Shown: positions 36,471 to 48,706, counted from the first letter of the stretch. The stretch: 56,076 nucleotides of DNA from Chiloscyllium plagiosum (GCF_004010195.1 NC_057719.1:8579604-8635679), one strand, 5' to 3'. Translations and numbers: made by a program. The notes: generated by a model not told the origin, from the sequence alone.

Positions 36471-39447
36471 AAAATTGGCTGGGGGGTTGAAGGTGGGGGT
36501 GGAAACAGGGGATGGTGGTGGTCCTATCCTCCCAAACCACTTTGAGAAACCCACAAAGAAAATGCGCAGTTGGAACTTGCCGTAACATTTTCCTCCCCGG
36601 ATATTAGAGCATAGGAAATACTGAAGCCTGTCAATAACTCTACAACCTATGAGATAACACAGAGCTGACCAGTGGACTGGGAGGGATTATCAATATATCA
36701 TTACAAAATTAAATACCGTGTAGAAAATGCCCAGAAGAGGTATTGGGTCAATGTTTTCTGGACCATATAATCCGTAACTGAATGCTTGTGTGTTTTTATC
36801 TATATATTTGATTTGGATGTCTGTTTACAAATGTGATTATCGAAACAGCCACCAATAAAAACAGTCAATAGTGGCAGAACAATTGAATTCAATCATTCAA
36901 TTGGTTAGATAAATGGCAGACAGAATTTAAAACTGACAGATATAAGGAACTGCACATTGGGTGATAGCATGAGATTAGAATTGGTTGAATAGAGGAGCAG
37001 ACTTGACGGGCTGAATGGTCTAATGCTGTTCCTATACCTTATGTTCTCATTGAATGTAGTAATTTTACAGAATGGTGCATTACTATATGAAGGGAGAAAC
37101 ACTTGAAAAGTGTTCTGAAGAAGTGTCACTGAACTCAAAACATTAATTCTGATTTCTCTCCACAGATGTTACCAGACCTGCTGAGCTTTTACAGCAATTT
37201 CTGATTTTGCTTCTGATTTCCAGCTCTGTAGCTTTTTGGCTTTTTGTTGGCATTTGAAGAGCTGTTGGCTGTCACAATAAAGGAAGAGCAGAGGGGTACT
37301 CAGTTTAATGTCTGTGCCCAAGGGGTCACTTCGGGCTATATCTTTCATGGGACTTGTAAGTAACTCTTCATATTAGCAATTTTTGAGAAGGTTTGTAGCT
37401 CTGGTTGAGGTTCTGGGTTTAAGTTTGCTCCAGCTTACATCCTTAAGCGAGCAAACTTACATCCGTAACCCTTCATATTTTCTACCCCTTTGAAAATGAT
37501 CCACGTCATATGAATGACTCAGTGGGCAGCACTCTCCTCTCACCCCAGTCAAAATGTTTATCGAGATCAAGTCCCAATCCACACTTGAGCATGAAAGTCT
37601 CGGACCAGATTACTGCAGTTGCGAGAATCGGTACTGAAAACAACAAATGCTGCAAAGTCAAAATGTTAGCTTGCTCTCTCTGCAAGAAAATCTAAGTTTG
37701 ACACCTAAGAAGGATGTTCTCAATGACCAGGGACCCAGAACCAGAGGTCACAGTCTAGAGATACCGGGTGGGCCATTTAGGACTGAGATGAGGAGAAATT
37801 TCTTCACCCACAGAGCAATGAGCCTGCGAATTCTCTGCCCCAGAAAGAGGTCAAGAGACCAAAGCATTGAAGAAGGAGTTAGAGATAGCACCTTGGGCTA
37901 AAGGGATCAGAGGAAATGGGAGAAAGCAGGACTGGTTACCAGACTCTTTATTGAGTTCAAATTCTACTACCTTACCGTGGTCAGATTTGAAACTTGGTCC
38001 CCAGAGGATTAGCTGGGTCTCTGGATTCATAGCCCAGTGATAATACCACTAGGCCATCGCCTCCCTCTTAATAACAAATACATTTGACCTCAGAAAGCAG
38101 AACAACATTTCCCTGGAAGGGAAATCAAAAAGTCAATTTCAGCCAGAGAACAGCCTTTTGGAGACAATTAAAAAAACTGCAGATGCAGGAATCCGAGGTA
38201 GAACAGCAGGAGGCTGGGGGAACACAGCAAGCCAGGCAGCATCAGAAGGTGGAGAAGTCGATGTGTGACCCTTCTTCAGCCCTGATTAGAGTGTGTCCTC
38301 CCAGCCTCCTGCTTATCTACCACAGAACAGTCTTTTGTCCTGAAGCAGGGTGAATATCTGGCTCCCCGTTGCATCGGCCAATCAGAGTCACCTTGCTGAC
38401 CAATCAGCAACCTTCTCTCTTAGAGGGTAGATTGTTCTGAGTGTTTGGAATTTGGCATTCTTGCCTTCGTCCTGATTGGAGAAGCTTCAGCAAAGTTTTG
38501 AAATCCTTTCCGTTCCCTCTGCCCCACAGTCCCGCTGACTGAAGGTACAGAACCATCTAGATAGATCCAACCATTTGCAAGTTTCCGAGTCAGGGAGAGA
38601 AATGTACCATGCGGGGTTAAAATGACCTTCTGGTAAAGAAGACTGATTCGGAGAAAAGGCAATTAAAAATAAAAGTTGGCCGGAAGCCACAGTGATTTAG
38701 CTGGAGGGGATAGAAGTCCTTCAGAGTGCTTTCGTTTCCTGCGGTCACCTGTTTTCTCTCCACTCTGCCTCCTTGTACATAAACCTGTCAGTTCACAGGC
38801 TACGGTGAAGGATATTCACTTTCACAAACCCTATATTGCCCAGTGAGTCAATATTCACCGATCCCTCCCGCCCTTTCATCACAGCAGCCACTTGGTCATG
38901 CCAATAGATGTTTCCTGGAGAACTGGCTGAAATAAAAACTGTCAAAAAAAAAAATTTATTCCTCCCCTAATCTACGTTCCTCTAATGCCATTGCACTATT
39001 GCTTTTAGAAGCCAACCACATCCATCATGAAAGGGCAGTGTGAAGATAAAGTTGAATTGGAATTTTTTATTGCCTAGCATTATGAAAGGATTAGTGAAAT
39101 AATCTGTCATTTTATATATATGACTCTATCACACAAAGCCTGAGTTTGCAGATCCCTCTGTTCTAGAAATTAAAATCATTCACGTCAAACAGATTTCATT
39201 CCAGATCAACTTTTAGAAACACAATAAATTTTCTGAGTGCTAAATTCTGTTCAATATTACAATTATTTGGACTCACATCTGACCCCAACCCCGTGTTGGT
39301 TTTTGAGACACTCGTTTATTACAGCAACCTCTCAATTATAACATTTCACTTGCGTACCTCCGTGGGTCCATTACTCACTACCTCAGGAATCTTGCCAGCA
39401 GGTAATGATGGCAAAATAATTCCCCTCCTCCCTCCCCGAAGAACCGT

Positions 39448-40484
39448 GGATGCTGGAAATCAGGAATGAAACCAAAAATTGCTGGGAAAACTCAGCAGGT
39501 CCGGCAGACTCTGGGGAGAGAAAGGCGAAAGTGAGGACTGCAGATGCTGGAAATCCTCATGTCCTACCTGCCAATCTTCCTTCCTACTTATCTGCTCCAC
39601 CTTCCTCTCTGACCTATCACTTTCATCCCCACCTCCATCCACCCATTGTACTCTTTGCTACCTTCTCCCCAGCATCCTCCCCCCACCCTGCCCCCAATTA
39701 TCTCTCCACCCCGGAGGCTCCCTGCCTTCATTCGTAAATTTTCCTGCTCCTCGGATGCTGCCTGACTTGCTGTGCTTTTCCAGCACCACTCTAATCTAGT
39801 CTCTGGGGAGAGAAAGCAGGGTTGACATTGTGGGTCCAGTCACCCTGCTTCAAAACTGATGGCAGCATAGAGAAGGTTGGTATAAAGGCTGAAGAAAGGG
39901 TGAGGAGGGGGGGGAGGTGTGAACGATAGGTGGAGATGGAGCCCAGCAAGAGAGAAAAACAACTGGGCGGACAAAGGAGTGGGTAAAAGTCAGCCTGGGA
40001 GAATAAATAGCTGCTAATGGGGAGCATTAGTAGCTGATAATGGGTTATTTGTGGTACCTCTCCACCCCCAAGGCTCCTGGCCTTATTCCTCATTAAGGGC
40101 TTTTGCCTGAAACATTGATTTTCCTGCTCCTCGAGTGCTGCCTGACCTGCTGTGCTTTTCCAGCACCATACTCTTGACTCTATTTGTGCTATCAGTTCAA
40201 GCGATGATAAGTCCTGGTGTGTGGGGATGGGGTAAGGGCATGGGAGAAGGTGCTCAGGCCCTAAAAGTACTGAACTCAATATTGAGTCCGAGAGGCTGCA
40301 GGGTCCCAAGTGGAAAATGAGGCGCAATTCTTCCAGCTTGCGCTGAACTTCACTGGAGCACGGCAGCAGAGATGTTGGCCAGGGAACATGGTGGTGTGTT
40401 GGAGTGGCAGGTAACTGGAAACACAGGGTCATTTTAATGGACAGAACGTAGGTGTGTGTAAAGCGGTCACCTAGTCTATGCTTC
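39448..40484 (-). mobile_element. Penelope-like element 3' half with nested PLE fragments
   Basis: KHRLGDRF...CSSEVQRKLEELRLIFHLG (ORF 39791-40549); nested PLE ends at about 39522-39797 and 40056-40180. Confidence 0.8.
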
Positions 40485-41053
40485 AAAGAACAAAGAACAT
40501 GACAGCACAGGAACAGGCCCTTCGGCCCTCCAAGCCTGCGCCAATCCATATCCTCCAGCTAAACCTGCTGCCTATTCTTTAAGGATCTGTATCCCTTTTG
40601 CACCCTGCCCACTCAAGTAGCTGTCCAGTTACATCTTAAATGCCACTATTGTTCCCACCCCTACCACCTCCGCTGACAACGCGTTCCAGGCACCCAGTAC
40701 TCTCTGCGTGAAGAACTTTCCACGTATATCTCCTCTAAACATTTCCCCTCTCACTTTGAACTCACAATGCTTAGTAATTGAGTCCTCCCCTCTGGGAGAA
40801 AGCTTCTTGCTATCCTCGCTGTCTATACCTCTCATGATTTTGTAGGCCTCAATCAGGCCCCCCCTTAACCTCCTTCTTTCCAATGAAAATAATTCTAATC
40901 TACTCAACCTCTGCTCATAGCTACCACCCTCCATACCAGGTACCAGGTAACCTCCTCTGTGCCCTCTCCAAAGCATCCGCATCCTTTTGGTAATGTGGTG
41001 ACCAGAACTGTATGCAGTATTCCAAATGTGGTCTTATACATCTGTAACATGAC

Positions 41054-41228
41054 TGCAGATGCTGGAAACCAGATTCTGGATTAGAGTGGTGCTGGAAAAG
41101 CACAGCAGTTCAGACAGCATCCAAGGAGCAGGAAAATCAACATTTGAAGAGCTTTTGCCTGAAACGTTGATTTTCCTGCTCCTTGGATGCAGTCTGAACT
41201 ACTGAGCTTTTCCAGCACCACTCTAATC
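41054..41228. mobile_element. PLE terminal fold-back mini-insertion
   Basis: 12-bp TSD ctgtaacatgac (41042-41053, 41229-41240); ~68-bp inverted arms. Confidence 0.88.
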
Positions 41229-42573
41229 CTGTAACATGACCTGCCAACTCTTGTACTCAATACTCCGTCTGATGAAGGAAAGCATGCCTTATGCCTTCTT
41301 GACCACTCTACTGACCTGTGTTACCATCTTCAGGGAACAATGAACCTGAACACCCAGGTCACTCTGGACATCATTTTTACCCAGGACTTTTCCATTTACT
41401 GCATAGTTCGCTGTGGAATTGCATCTTCCAAAATGCATCACCTCACATTTGTCCGGATTGAACTCCATCAGCCATTTCTCTGCCCAACTCTCCAATCTAT
41501 CTATATTCTGCTGAATTTTCTGACAGTCCCCTTCAGTATCGGCTACTCCACCACTCTTAGTATCATTTACTAACTTGTTAATGAGGCAACCTACACCTTC
41601 CTCCAAATCATTCATGTTTATCACAAACAACAGTGGTCCCAGCGCAGATCCCTGTGGGACATCACTGGTCACAGGTCTCCATTTTGAGAAGCTCCCTTCC
41701 ACTACTACTCTCTGTCTCCTGTTGCCCAAAGGGTTCTCTATTCTCCAGCTAGAACACCCTAGACCCCACGCGACTTCACCTTCTTCATCAGCCTATCACG
41801 GCGAACCTTATCAAACGCCTTGCTAAAGTCCATGTGTATGATATCTACATCCCTTCCCTCATCAATCAACCTTGTCACCTCTTCAGAGAATTCTATTAGG
41901 TTTGTAAGACATGACCTTCCCTGCACAAAACCATGCTGCCTATCATTGATAAGCCCATTTTTTCCCAAAAGGGTATATATCCTATCCCTTAGTATCTTCT
42001 TCAGTAGCTTCCCCATCACTGGTGTCAGGCTCTCCAGTAGCTTCCCTATCACTGATGTCTGTAATTACCTGGATTATCCCTGTTACCCTTCTTAAACAAG
42101 GGGACAACATCAGCAATTCTCCAGTCCTCTGGGAACCCCCTCTCCCGTTTTCAAGGATGCTGCAAAGATATCTGTTAAAGCCCCAGCTATTTCGTCTCTC
42201 ACTTCCCTCAGTAACCTGGGATGGATCCCATCCAGTCCTGGGGTCTTGTCAACCTTCATGCCTTTTAGAATACACAACACTTCCTCCCTCCTTCTGCCGA
42301 CTTGACCTAGAGTAATCAAAGATCTACCGCTAACCTCAGCATCAGTCATGTCTCTCTCCTCGGTGAATACCGACGCAAAGTACTCATTAAGAATCTCACC
42401 TATTTTCTCTGACTTCATGCATAGCTTTCCTCCTTTTTCCTTAGTGGGCCAACCCTTTCCCTAGTTACCCTCTTGCTCCTTATATATCAATAAAGGGCTT
42501 TGGGGTTTTCCCTAACCCTGCTCGCTAAGGATATCTCATGGCCCCTTTTAGCCCTCTTAAGTCCTCGTTTAAG

Positions 42574-42667
42574 TCCTCCTGAAGAAGGGCTCATGCCTGA
42601 AACGTCGATTCTCCTGCTCCTTGGATGCTGCCTGACCTGCTGCACTTTTCCAACAACATATTTTCAG
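42574..42667 (+). mobile_element. 94-bp PLE mini-insertion: hammerhead plus tail
   Basis: 10-bp flanking repeat ctcgtttaag (42564-42573, 42668-42677). Confidence 0.85.
42579..42606 (+). ncRNA. Minimal type-I hammerhead core
   Basis: CUGAAGA-A-GGGC(UCAU)GCCU-GAAA-C-GUC. Confidence 0.75.
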
Positions 42668-43037
42668 CTCGTTTAAGATTGGTCCTACATTCCCAATACT
42701 CTTCCAAAGCTTGGTCTGTCTTCAGTCGCTTAGACCTTATGTACGCAACTTTTTTCCTCTTAGCTAGTCTCACAATTTCGCCTGTCATCCGTGGTTCCTT
42801 AATCTCACCATTTCTATCCCTCATTTTCACAGGAACATATCTCTCCTGAACTCTAATCAATCTTTCTTTAAAAGTCTCCCACATATTGAATGTGGATTTC
42901 CCTTCAAACAGCCACTCCCAATCTACATTCCCCAGCTGCTGCCGAATTTTCGGATAGTTGGCCTTCCCCCAATTTAGCACTCTTCCGTTAGGACCACTCT
43001 CGTCTTTGTCCATGAATATTCTAAAACTTATGGAATT

Positions 43038-43242
43038 GTTAAAAATCACACAACATCGGGTTATAGTCCAACAGGTTTAATTGGAAGCACACGAGCTTTC
43101 AGAGCGCCGCTCACAATCACCTGATGAAGGAGCGGCGCTCTGAAAGCTAGTGCTTCCAATTAAACCTGTTGGACTATAACCTGGTGTTGTGTGATTTTTA
43201 ACTTTGTACACCCCAGTCCAACACCGGCATCTCCAAATCATT
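43038..43242 (+). mobile_element. PLE pseudo-LTR fold-back insertion (distinct family)
   Basis: Inverted arms 43038-43112 and 43130-43202; flanking gaattgt (43033-43039, 43243-43249). Confidence 0.85.
43121..43149 (+). ncRNA. Minimal type-I hammerhead core
   Basis: CUGAUGA-A-GGAGC(GGC)GCUCU-GAAA-G-CUA; helix I cac/gug. Confidence 0.7.
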
Positions 43243-43951
43243 GAATTGTGATCACTATTCCCAAAATAATCCCTCACTGAAACTTCAACCACCTGGCTGA
43301 GCTCATTCCCCAACACCAGGTTCAGTATGGCTCCTTCCTGAGTTGGACTATTTACATACTGCTCTAGAAAACCCTCCTGGATGGTCCTTGCAAATTCTGC
43401 TCCAACCAGATCTCTATCACTACGTGAATGCCAGTCAATGTTGGGAAAATTAAAATTTCCTATCACTACCACCCTGCTGTTCCTATATCTTTCCACAATC
43501 TGTTTCCATATTTGTACCTCTAACTCACGCTCGCTATTGGGAGGCCTGTAGTACAGCCTCAGCATTGTTACCGCACCCTTCCTATTTCTGATCTTTGCCC
43601 ATAGTGCTGCACTGCTCAAGTCCTCCATAGTGCCCTCCTTCAGCACAGCTATGATATCCTCTCTGACCAGTAATCCAACTCCTCCATCCCTTTTACCTCC
43701 CTCTCTATCCCGTCTGAGTCATCGATATCCTGGGATATTTAGTTGCCAATCATGCCCTGCCCTTAACCAAGTCTCAGTAATAGCAATAACATCATACTCC
43801 CAGGTACTAATCCAAGCCCGAAGTTCATCTGCCTTACCTACTACACTTCTCGCATTAAAACAAATGCACCTCAGACCACCAGTCCCTCTGTGTTCATCAT
43901 CTGCTTCCTGCCTACTCTTCCCCTTAGTCATGCTGACTTCATTATCTAGTT

Positions 43952-44075
43952 TCTTCATTTCCCCAATGTAGAGGAGACCACAATGTGAGCAGCAAATGCA
44001 GGAGACTAGGTTGGGTGAAGTGTAGGTGAAGCGCTGCTTCAACTGGAAGGTGCATATGGGGCTTTGGATACTGTT
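43952..44075 (-). mobile_element. PLE GIY-YIG endonuclease N-terminal part, continuing 39448-40484
   Basis: KQRFTYTSPNLVSCICCSHCGLLYIGE joins KHRLGDRF across the CR1 insertion. Confidence 0.85.
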
Positions 44076-44084
44076 GGCCTAACT

Positions 44085-44292
44085 GACTCCTGTGAGGCAT
44101 TGGTCAACCAGATGGGTTTTTACAACAAGTGATGATTACCCACTCTCTATCTTGGAACTAGCCTTCAATTACAGACTTTAATAATTTAAATTCCCGAACC
44201 TATTGCATTAGGATTTGAACTCCTGCCCCTATAGCACTGGTCTAAGCCTCTGAACATGCAATCCAGTGGCATTACCATGACACCACCACCAA
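44085..44292 (-). mobile_element. Family-B SINE fragment
   Basis: aaccagatgggtttttacaaca...ggatttgaac...tccagtggcattacca. Confidence 0.6.
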
Positions 44293-45999
44293 CCCCTAGT
44301 CCTGAGCTCTGCACTACCACCTTCTCCATGCCTCCTTCTGCAAACTTTCTGAAAAGGAGAGGAAAGAGGAAATGATGAGGGGTGAATTGGCTTAGGACCG
44401 TGTTCAGATATGATCTCTCATGCAGAAATATGCTGTCAGCTTGTATTTCACAGGATGACAGTGCAGCACATTATGTAACATCACCCGATGCTCCAGTGTC
44501 AGGAGGAGATGGGCATATTAATGAACAAGTCACTGAATATGTTCTCGATTTCAGATTCAATGACAAGCTTCCTAATAGCCTATTGCCTACAATTTGGTAG
44601 GTTCTCAGTGCAATATTTCTTATCTTCCTTATTAAGTCATCCCAAATAAAATATATCACTTTCTGTGTGATTTTCTTTCTTTCTCTCACAGACCAGGTCA
44701 AATGAGAAAAATAATTGGATTAGAAACTGGAACTCAGTGCGTCCTCCTTTTATGTAACCATTAGTTAAGATTTCGATTGTAACCTAAGTGGCCTCGCTCA
44801 TTATTTGTTACACTTTTCTGACTGACATTTTTATGGATGAAAGGACTGGGCATTGAAGTGAGGTTTTAAGATTCTTTAAAGACCAGGAGTCTCTCATTAA
44901 AACATTCCAATCGCTGCATAAAATCTTTCCAAGGATTTCAGAAAAGGAAATATTTAAAACCTTCTCATGAGTTCATTAAATTCTCAATATTCAAAAAGCT
45001 CCCGCAGCCCAGTGGGTGTAAGAATGATAAATAAGGGGGGAAAGAAGAGCAATTGCGTGTTTAACTAAACATCTCTTTTGTCTGATTCCAGCTTTCAGGG
45101 GAATATAAAAGATCCTGTGATAGTTGTCACATGATTAGTATATGGGATTAGCAGATGTACTCTCCCATCTAGGCTACACCATGGGGATGATGTTAAAATC
45201 TACTGGGACACAGACCTAACGGAATAAGGGTCTGGCGCTGTGCTATTTTATATGCACCTGTACCTAGTGTTAAATAGTTAATCACTGTTTGTTGAGTTGT
45301 GTTATATGGTCTCCAGCCCACGTCTACGAGACAACCTGATGTGACTTGTGATATTAATACGAGTAGAACAGATGTTTCTGACTAGGGCTGCCAGCTCAGA
45401 GTGGGACGTAATCCTAGAGGTTTTCAAAGTTCGAACCTGACCAACATCGCTTCCCCCATTCCTACTGTTTTTATAACCAATAACCAGATGTGTTCAAAGA
45501 AGGGGCAAGAGAGAATGATTTTGTTTTTTTCAATGTAACCCCACATCCTGCAACTTTTTTTTAGCTGGGTGGATGAGGCTGTTTAATTCTGGATGGCTCC
45601 AGGACAATTCCATGCTGACCGACTCTGCAGGCCCGTCATTGATCTTCGGCACACAGATGCTGGCACAGCTGGTAAATGTCCGCTGCTTGGACAAAGGGGC
45701 CAGGGTTCAGCAGCACCTAGCACCACCCCTTTGGACAGACTGACCTCGAAACTGTGGGAATGGGGTTGGTGCTTCACTCCTCTACCCCTTACTACCCCAG
45801 CACCTTGTGAAAATACAGACACAAGGCTGAGCATTGTGTACAGCTTCTTAATGGTGACCCTGCAAAGAATGTGGTGCACTGCAGCCTGATGTGACTCTCA
45901 GCTTGAACTGCCTCATTACAGCAAACCATAAAATGGAATTTATTCAGTTTTGAATTGTCTGAATTTGCCCCTGACAAGTGACTATCTTGCTGCTCGTTT

Positions 46000-46192
46000 T
46001 GATGAATCATTGTGTCTGACACTCTTTGGTGACATCATTGTGTCCACCCAAGAATGACACTCTTTGATGGCATCATTGTGTCATTCCAGAGTGACTCACT
46101 TTGATGACATCATTGTGTCCATCCAAGAGCGACATTCTTTGATGACATCATTGTGTCATTCCAGAGAGATTCACTTTGATGACATCATTATG
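46000..46192. repeat. 37/38-bp alternating minisatellite with palindromic units
   Basis: Core ctttgatgacatcattgtgtc, about 5 copies. Confidence 0.9.
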
Positions 46193-46523
46193 CAGCTCCT
46201 ACAATGTCTCACAGTGATGATATTGCATTGATTTGAAGTTGGGCTGCGTGGTCAGGTTTGTTTAAGGTTGGCCCAATTTACACATAGGGATAGTCAAGAA
46301 TGGGATTGTTCCCTTAACACCAAAGGTTTTCGGAATGATCCCATACTGGAATATTGGACATTGGGCAAGGAACTGGTCTTTGGGCTTTAGTAACTGATAG
46401 GTTTCCCCTTTTACCCAACAGCCCTGAGTTCACTGCCCAATACTGGTTCCCAATCAGGCAATGCATGAACTTTAAACTTTGATTTCAATCTTCCCCCTTG
46501 GTCTCACCCTCTCTGTCTCTGTA

Positions 46524-46852
46524 AGATTAGATTACATTCCCTAGAAACAGGCTCTTCAGCCCCACAAGTCCACACCAACCATCCGAAGAGTTATCCACCC
46601 AGACCCATTCCCCTACCTTATATTTACCCCCTGACTAACACATCTAACTCTATGGACAACTTAGCACAGTCAATCTACCTGACCTGCACATCTTTGGACC
46701 GTGGGAGAAAACCGGAGCACCCAGAGAAAACCCCCGCAGACACGGGGAGAATGTGCAAACTCCACACAGATAGTTGCCCAAGGCTGGAATCGAACCTGGG
46801 TTCCTGGCGCTGTGAGGCAGCAGTGCTAACCACTGTGGCACTGTGCCGGCCC
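46524..46852 (-). mobile_element. HE1-type SINE
   Basis: Reverse A/B boxes, (agatt)n tail. Confidence 0.9.
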
Positions 46853-47354
46853 ATGTAAGCTCCTGCAACCTCTGAGATAGCAATGCTCTTCCAAATCCGG
46901 CCTCTCAAGCTCTCTGGTATTTATCACAGCACCTACCTGTGCTTTAGCTGTCTTGGCCCCTGTCTCTGGGATTTTCTCCCACACTCTTCCTATCTCTCTA
47001 CCTCACTTTTCCCTTTAATAGGTACCTTAAAAACCTTCTTGTTTGACCAAGATTTGGATTATGGGGTAATCCAATATAGGGTAGGGGAATGGGTCTGGGT
47101 GGGTTACTCTTTGAAGGGCTGGTGTGGACTTGTTGGGCTGAAGGGCCTGTTTCCACACTGTAGGGATTCTGAGATTCTGAGATAGTCTGAGGTATTATTT
47201 ACCCAGGAAGTCCTAAGTTTCAAATTTGTTTCATAATCTCTGCTGTGAATTGCCCAATTGGGACTTTTTAACACATTAAAGGCACTTTAGAAATGCAAAC
47301 TGTTGGCACAGGTACAACTGAGGTAAACGCCAACTGTCTTGAACATACTGGGGT

Positions 47355-47682
47355 AGACGGTATCCTAGTGGTGTTATCCCTAGAGTATTAACCTTGTAGT
47401 TCTGTGGACCTGGGTTTGAATCCTGCTGTGAATTCAATAACAATCCGGAATTAAGAGTTGGCTAATGCCCATGAACCCCTTGTCAATTGTTGGAAAAACC
47501 CATCTGGTTCACTGATGTCCTTTAGGGAAGGAAATTGCCATCCTTACCTGGTCTGACCTACATGTGACTGCAAACCCACAGCAATGTGGTTGCCTCTTAA
47601 CTGCCCTCTGGGCAATAAGGCATGGACCATAATCGCCAGCCTTGCTGGCAATGCCCATATCCTGTGAATGAATAAAGGAAAA
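47355..47682 (+). mobile_element. Family-B SINE
   Basis: catctggttcactgatgtcctttagggaaggaaa...ctgccctctgggcaat...gtgaatgaataaa. Confidence 0.8.
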
Positions 47683-47738
47683 GATACAAGCAAGGAATAG
47701 GAGACCACTTGACCCTATGACCCAACATCACCATTTTG

Positions 47739-47966
47739 TGGGCGGCACAGTGGCACAGTGGTTAGCACTGCTGCCTCACAGGGGTGCTCCGGTTTCCTCC
47801 CACAGTCACAAAGATGTGCAGGGTCAGGTGAATTGGCTATGCTAAATTGTCCGTAGTGTTAGGTAAGGGGTAAATGTAGGGGTATGGGTGGGTTGCGCTT
47901 CGGCGGGTCGGTGTGGACTTGTTGGGCCGAAGGGCCTGTTTCCACACTGTAAGTAATCTAATCTAA
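47739..47966 (+). mobile_element. CpG-rich HE1 SINE with B box deleted
   Basis: Junction ctgcctcaca|ggggtgctcc; (aatct)n tail. Confidence 0.85.
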
Positions 47967-48706
47967 TAAGATCATCCATCTTTTATGATGGAAGTTGAAC
48001 CAGGCCCCAGGGAACATTATCGAGGTTCCTGGGTTAATGATCTAGTATCAAAGCCAAAAAGGCCCCCATGCTGCCCAACAAGAAAGCAGCTGCTATCTCA
48101 ATTCAAAGATTAAAAAAGGGAACGTCCTGGTGTATGTCCAATCACAGGGACCAAAGCAATTGGGTCGGCTGCATGAGGAACATATGTCTATCCAGGGAAG
48201 CAGTAGAATCTTTAGCCATTGCTGTGCACAGCAGGATCCCACCAATAACCACCAGCGGAGTGGCAAGTTGAGATATGTTATTTCTTTTCAAGGGAGGTAA
48301 CGCTGGCTCAGTCACAGCAGGGAACTCCGCAGGGGGAGTGGGGGATTCTGCCGAGTGATGGTGACTGAGCAGAAGCTGCGGTTGGCTGGGGCTGTAGGGG
48401 GAGGAGAGGCCTCAGTTTCACACGCATCTAGAGCTGCTGTGGTGAACCCATGTCCCCTTGTGGGGTCAGCGATGTGAGGGAGAAAAGGCAACATCCTCGA
48501 GAGATGGAAGCAGGTAAGATTGGTGGAAGGATGGGGCAGAGCCTCAGCATTGGCCTAGCCCAGCTGGGCTGAGTGGCCTGTTTCTGTGCTGTATGGCTCC
48601 AAATTGAGCCATGTCAAATCCCAAGTGAAACAGAGACACCAGGAACAGGGGCAGGTCATTCGGCCCTTCACCCCTGCTACATCTTTCAATATAATGATAT
48701 TTGCCT

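Larger units (their letters stand above)
40485..43950 (-). mobile_element. Near-complete CR1 ORF2 (APE endonuclease + RT + 3' tail), pseudogenised
   Basis: CFNARSVVGKADEL..DVIAITETW; YYRPPNS; FNFPNIDW; QHGFVQGRSCLTNL; MDFSKAFDKV; VPQGSALGPLLF; tail (gttcttt)-like. Confidence 0.95.

Noticed and set aside
39791..40549. 252-aa ORF, the longest in the window
   Set aside because: Chimeric read-through of a CR1 tail, a frameshifted PLE and nested UTR fragments
42004..42060. Tandem duplication gtagcttccc..tcactg.tgtc
   Set aside because: Ordinary local duplication in a dead CR1; the 13-bp duplication at about 16690-16717 is similar
45383..45620. Possible hAT-type terminus (tagggctgcca)
   Set aside because: No matching second TIR or 8-bp TSD found
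46000..46192. CRISPR-like array of palindromic ~37-bp repeats
   Set aside because: No unique spacers (intervening bases alternate between two related types), no cas genes, vertebrate context
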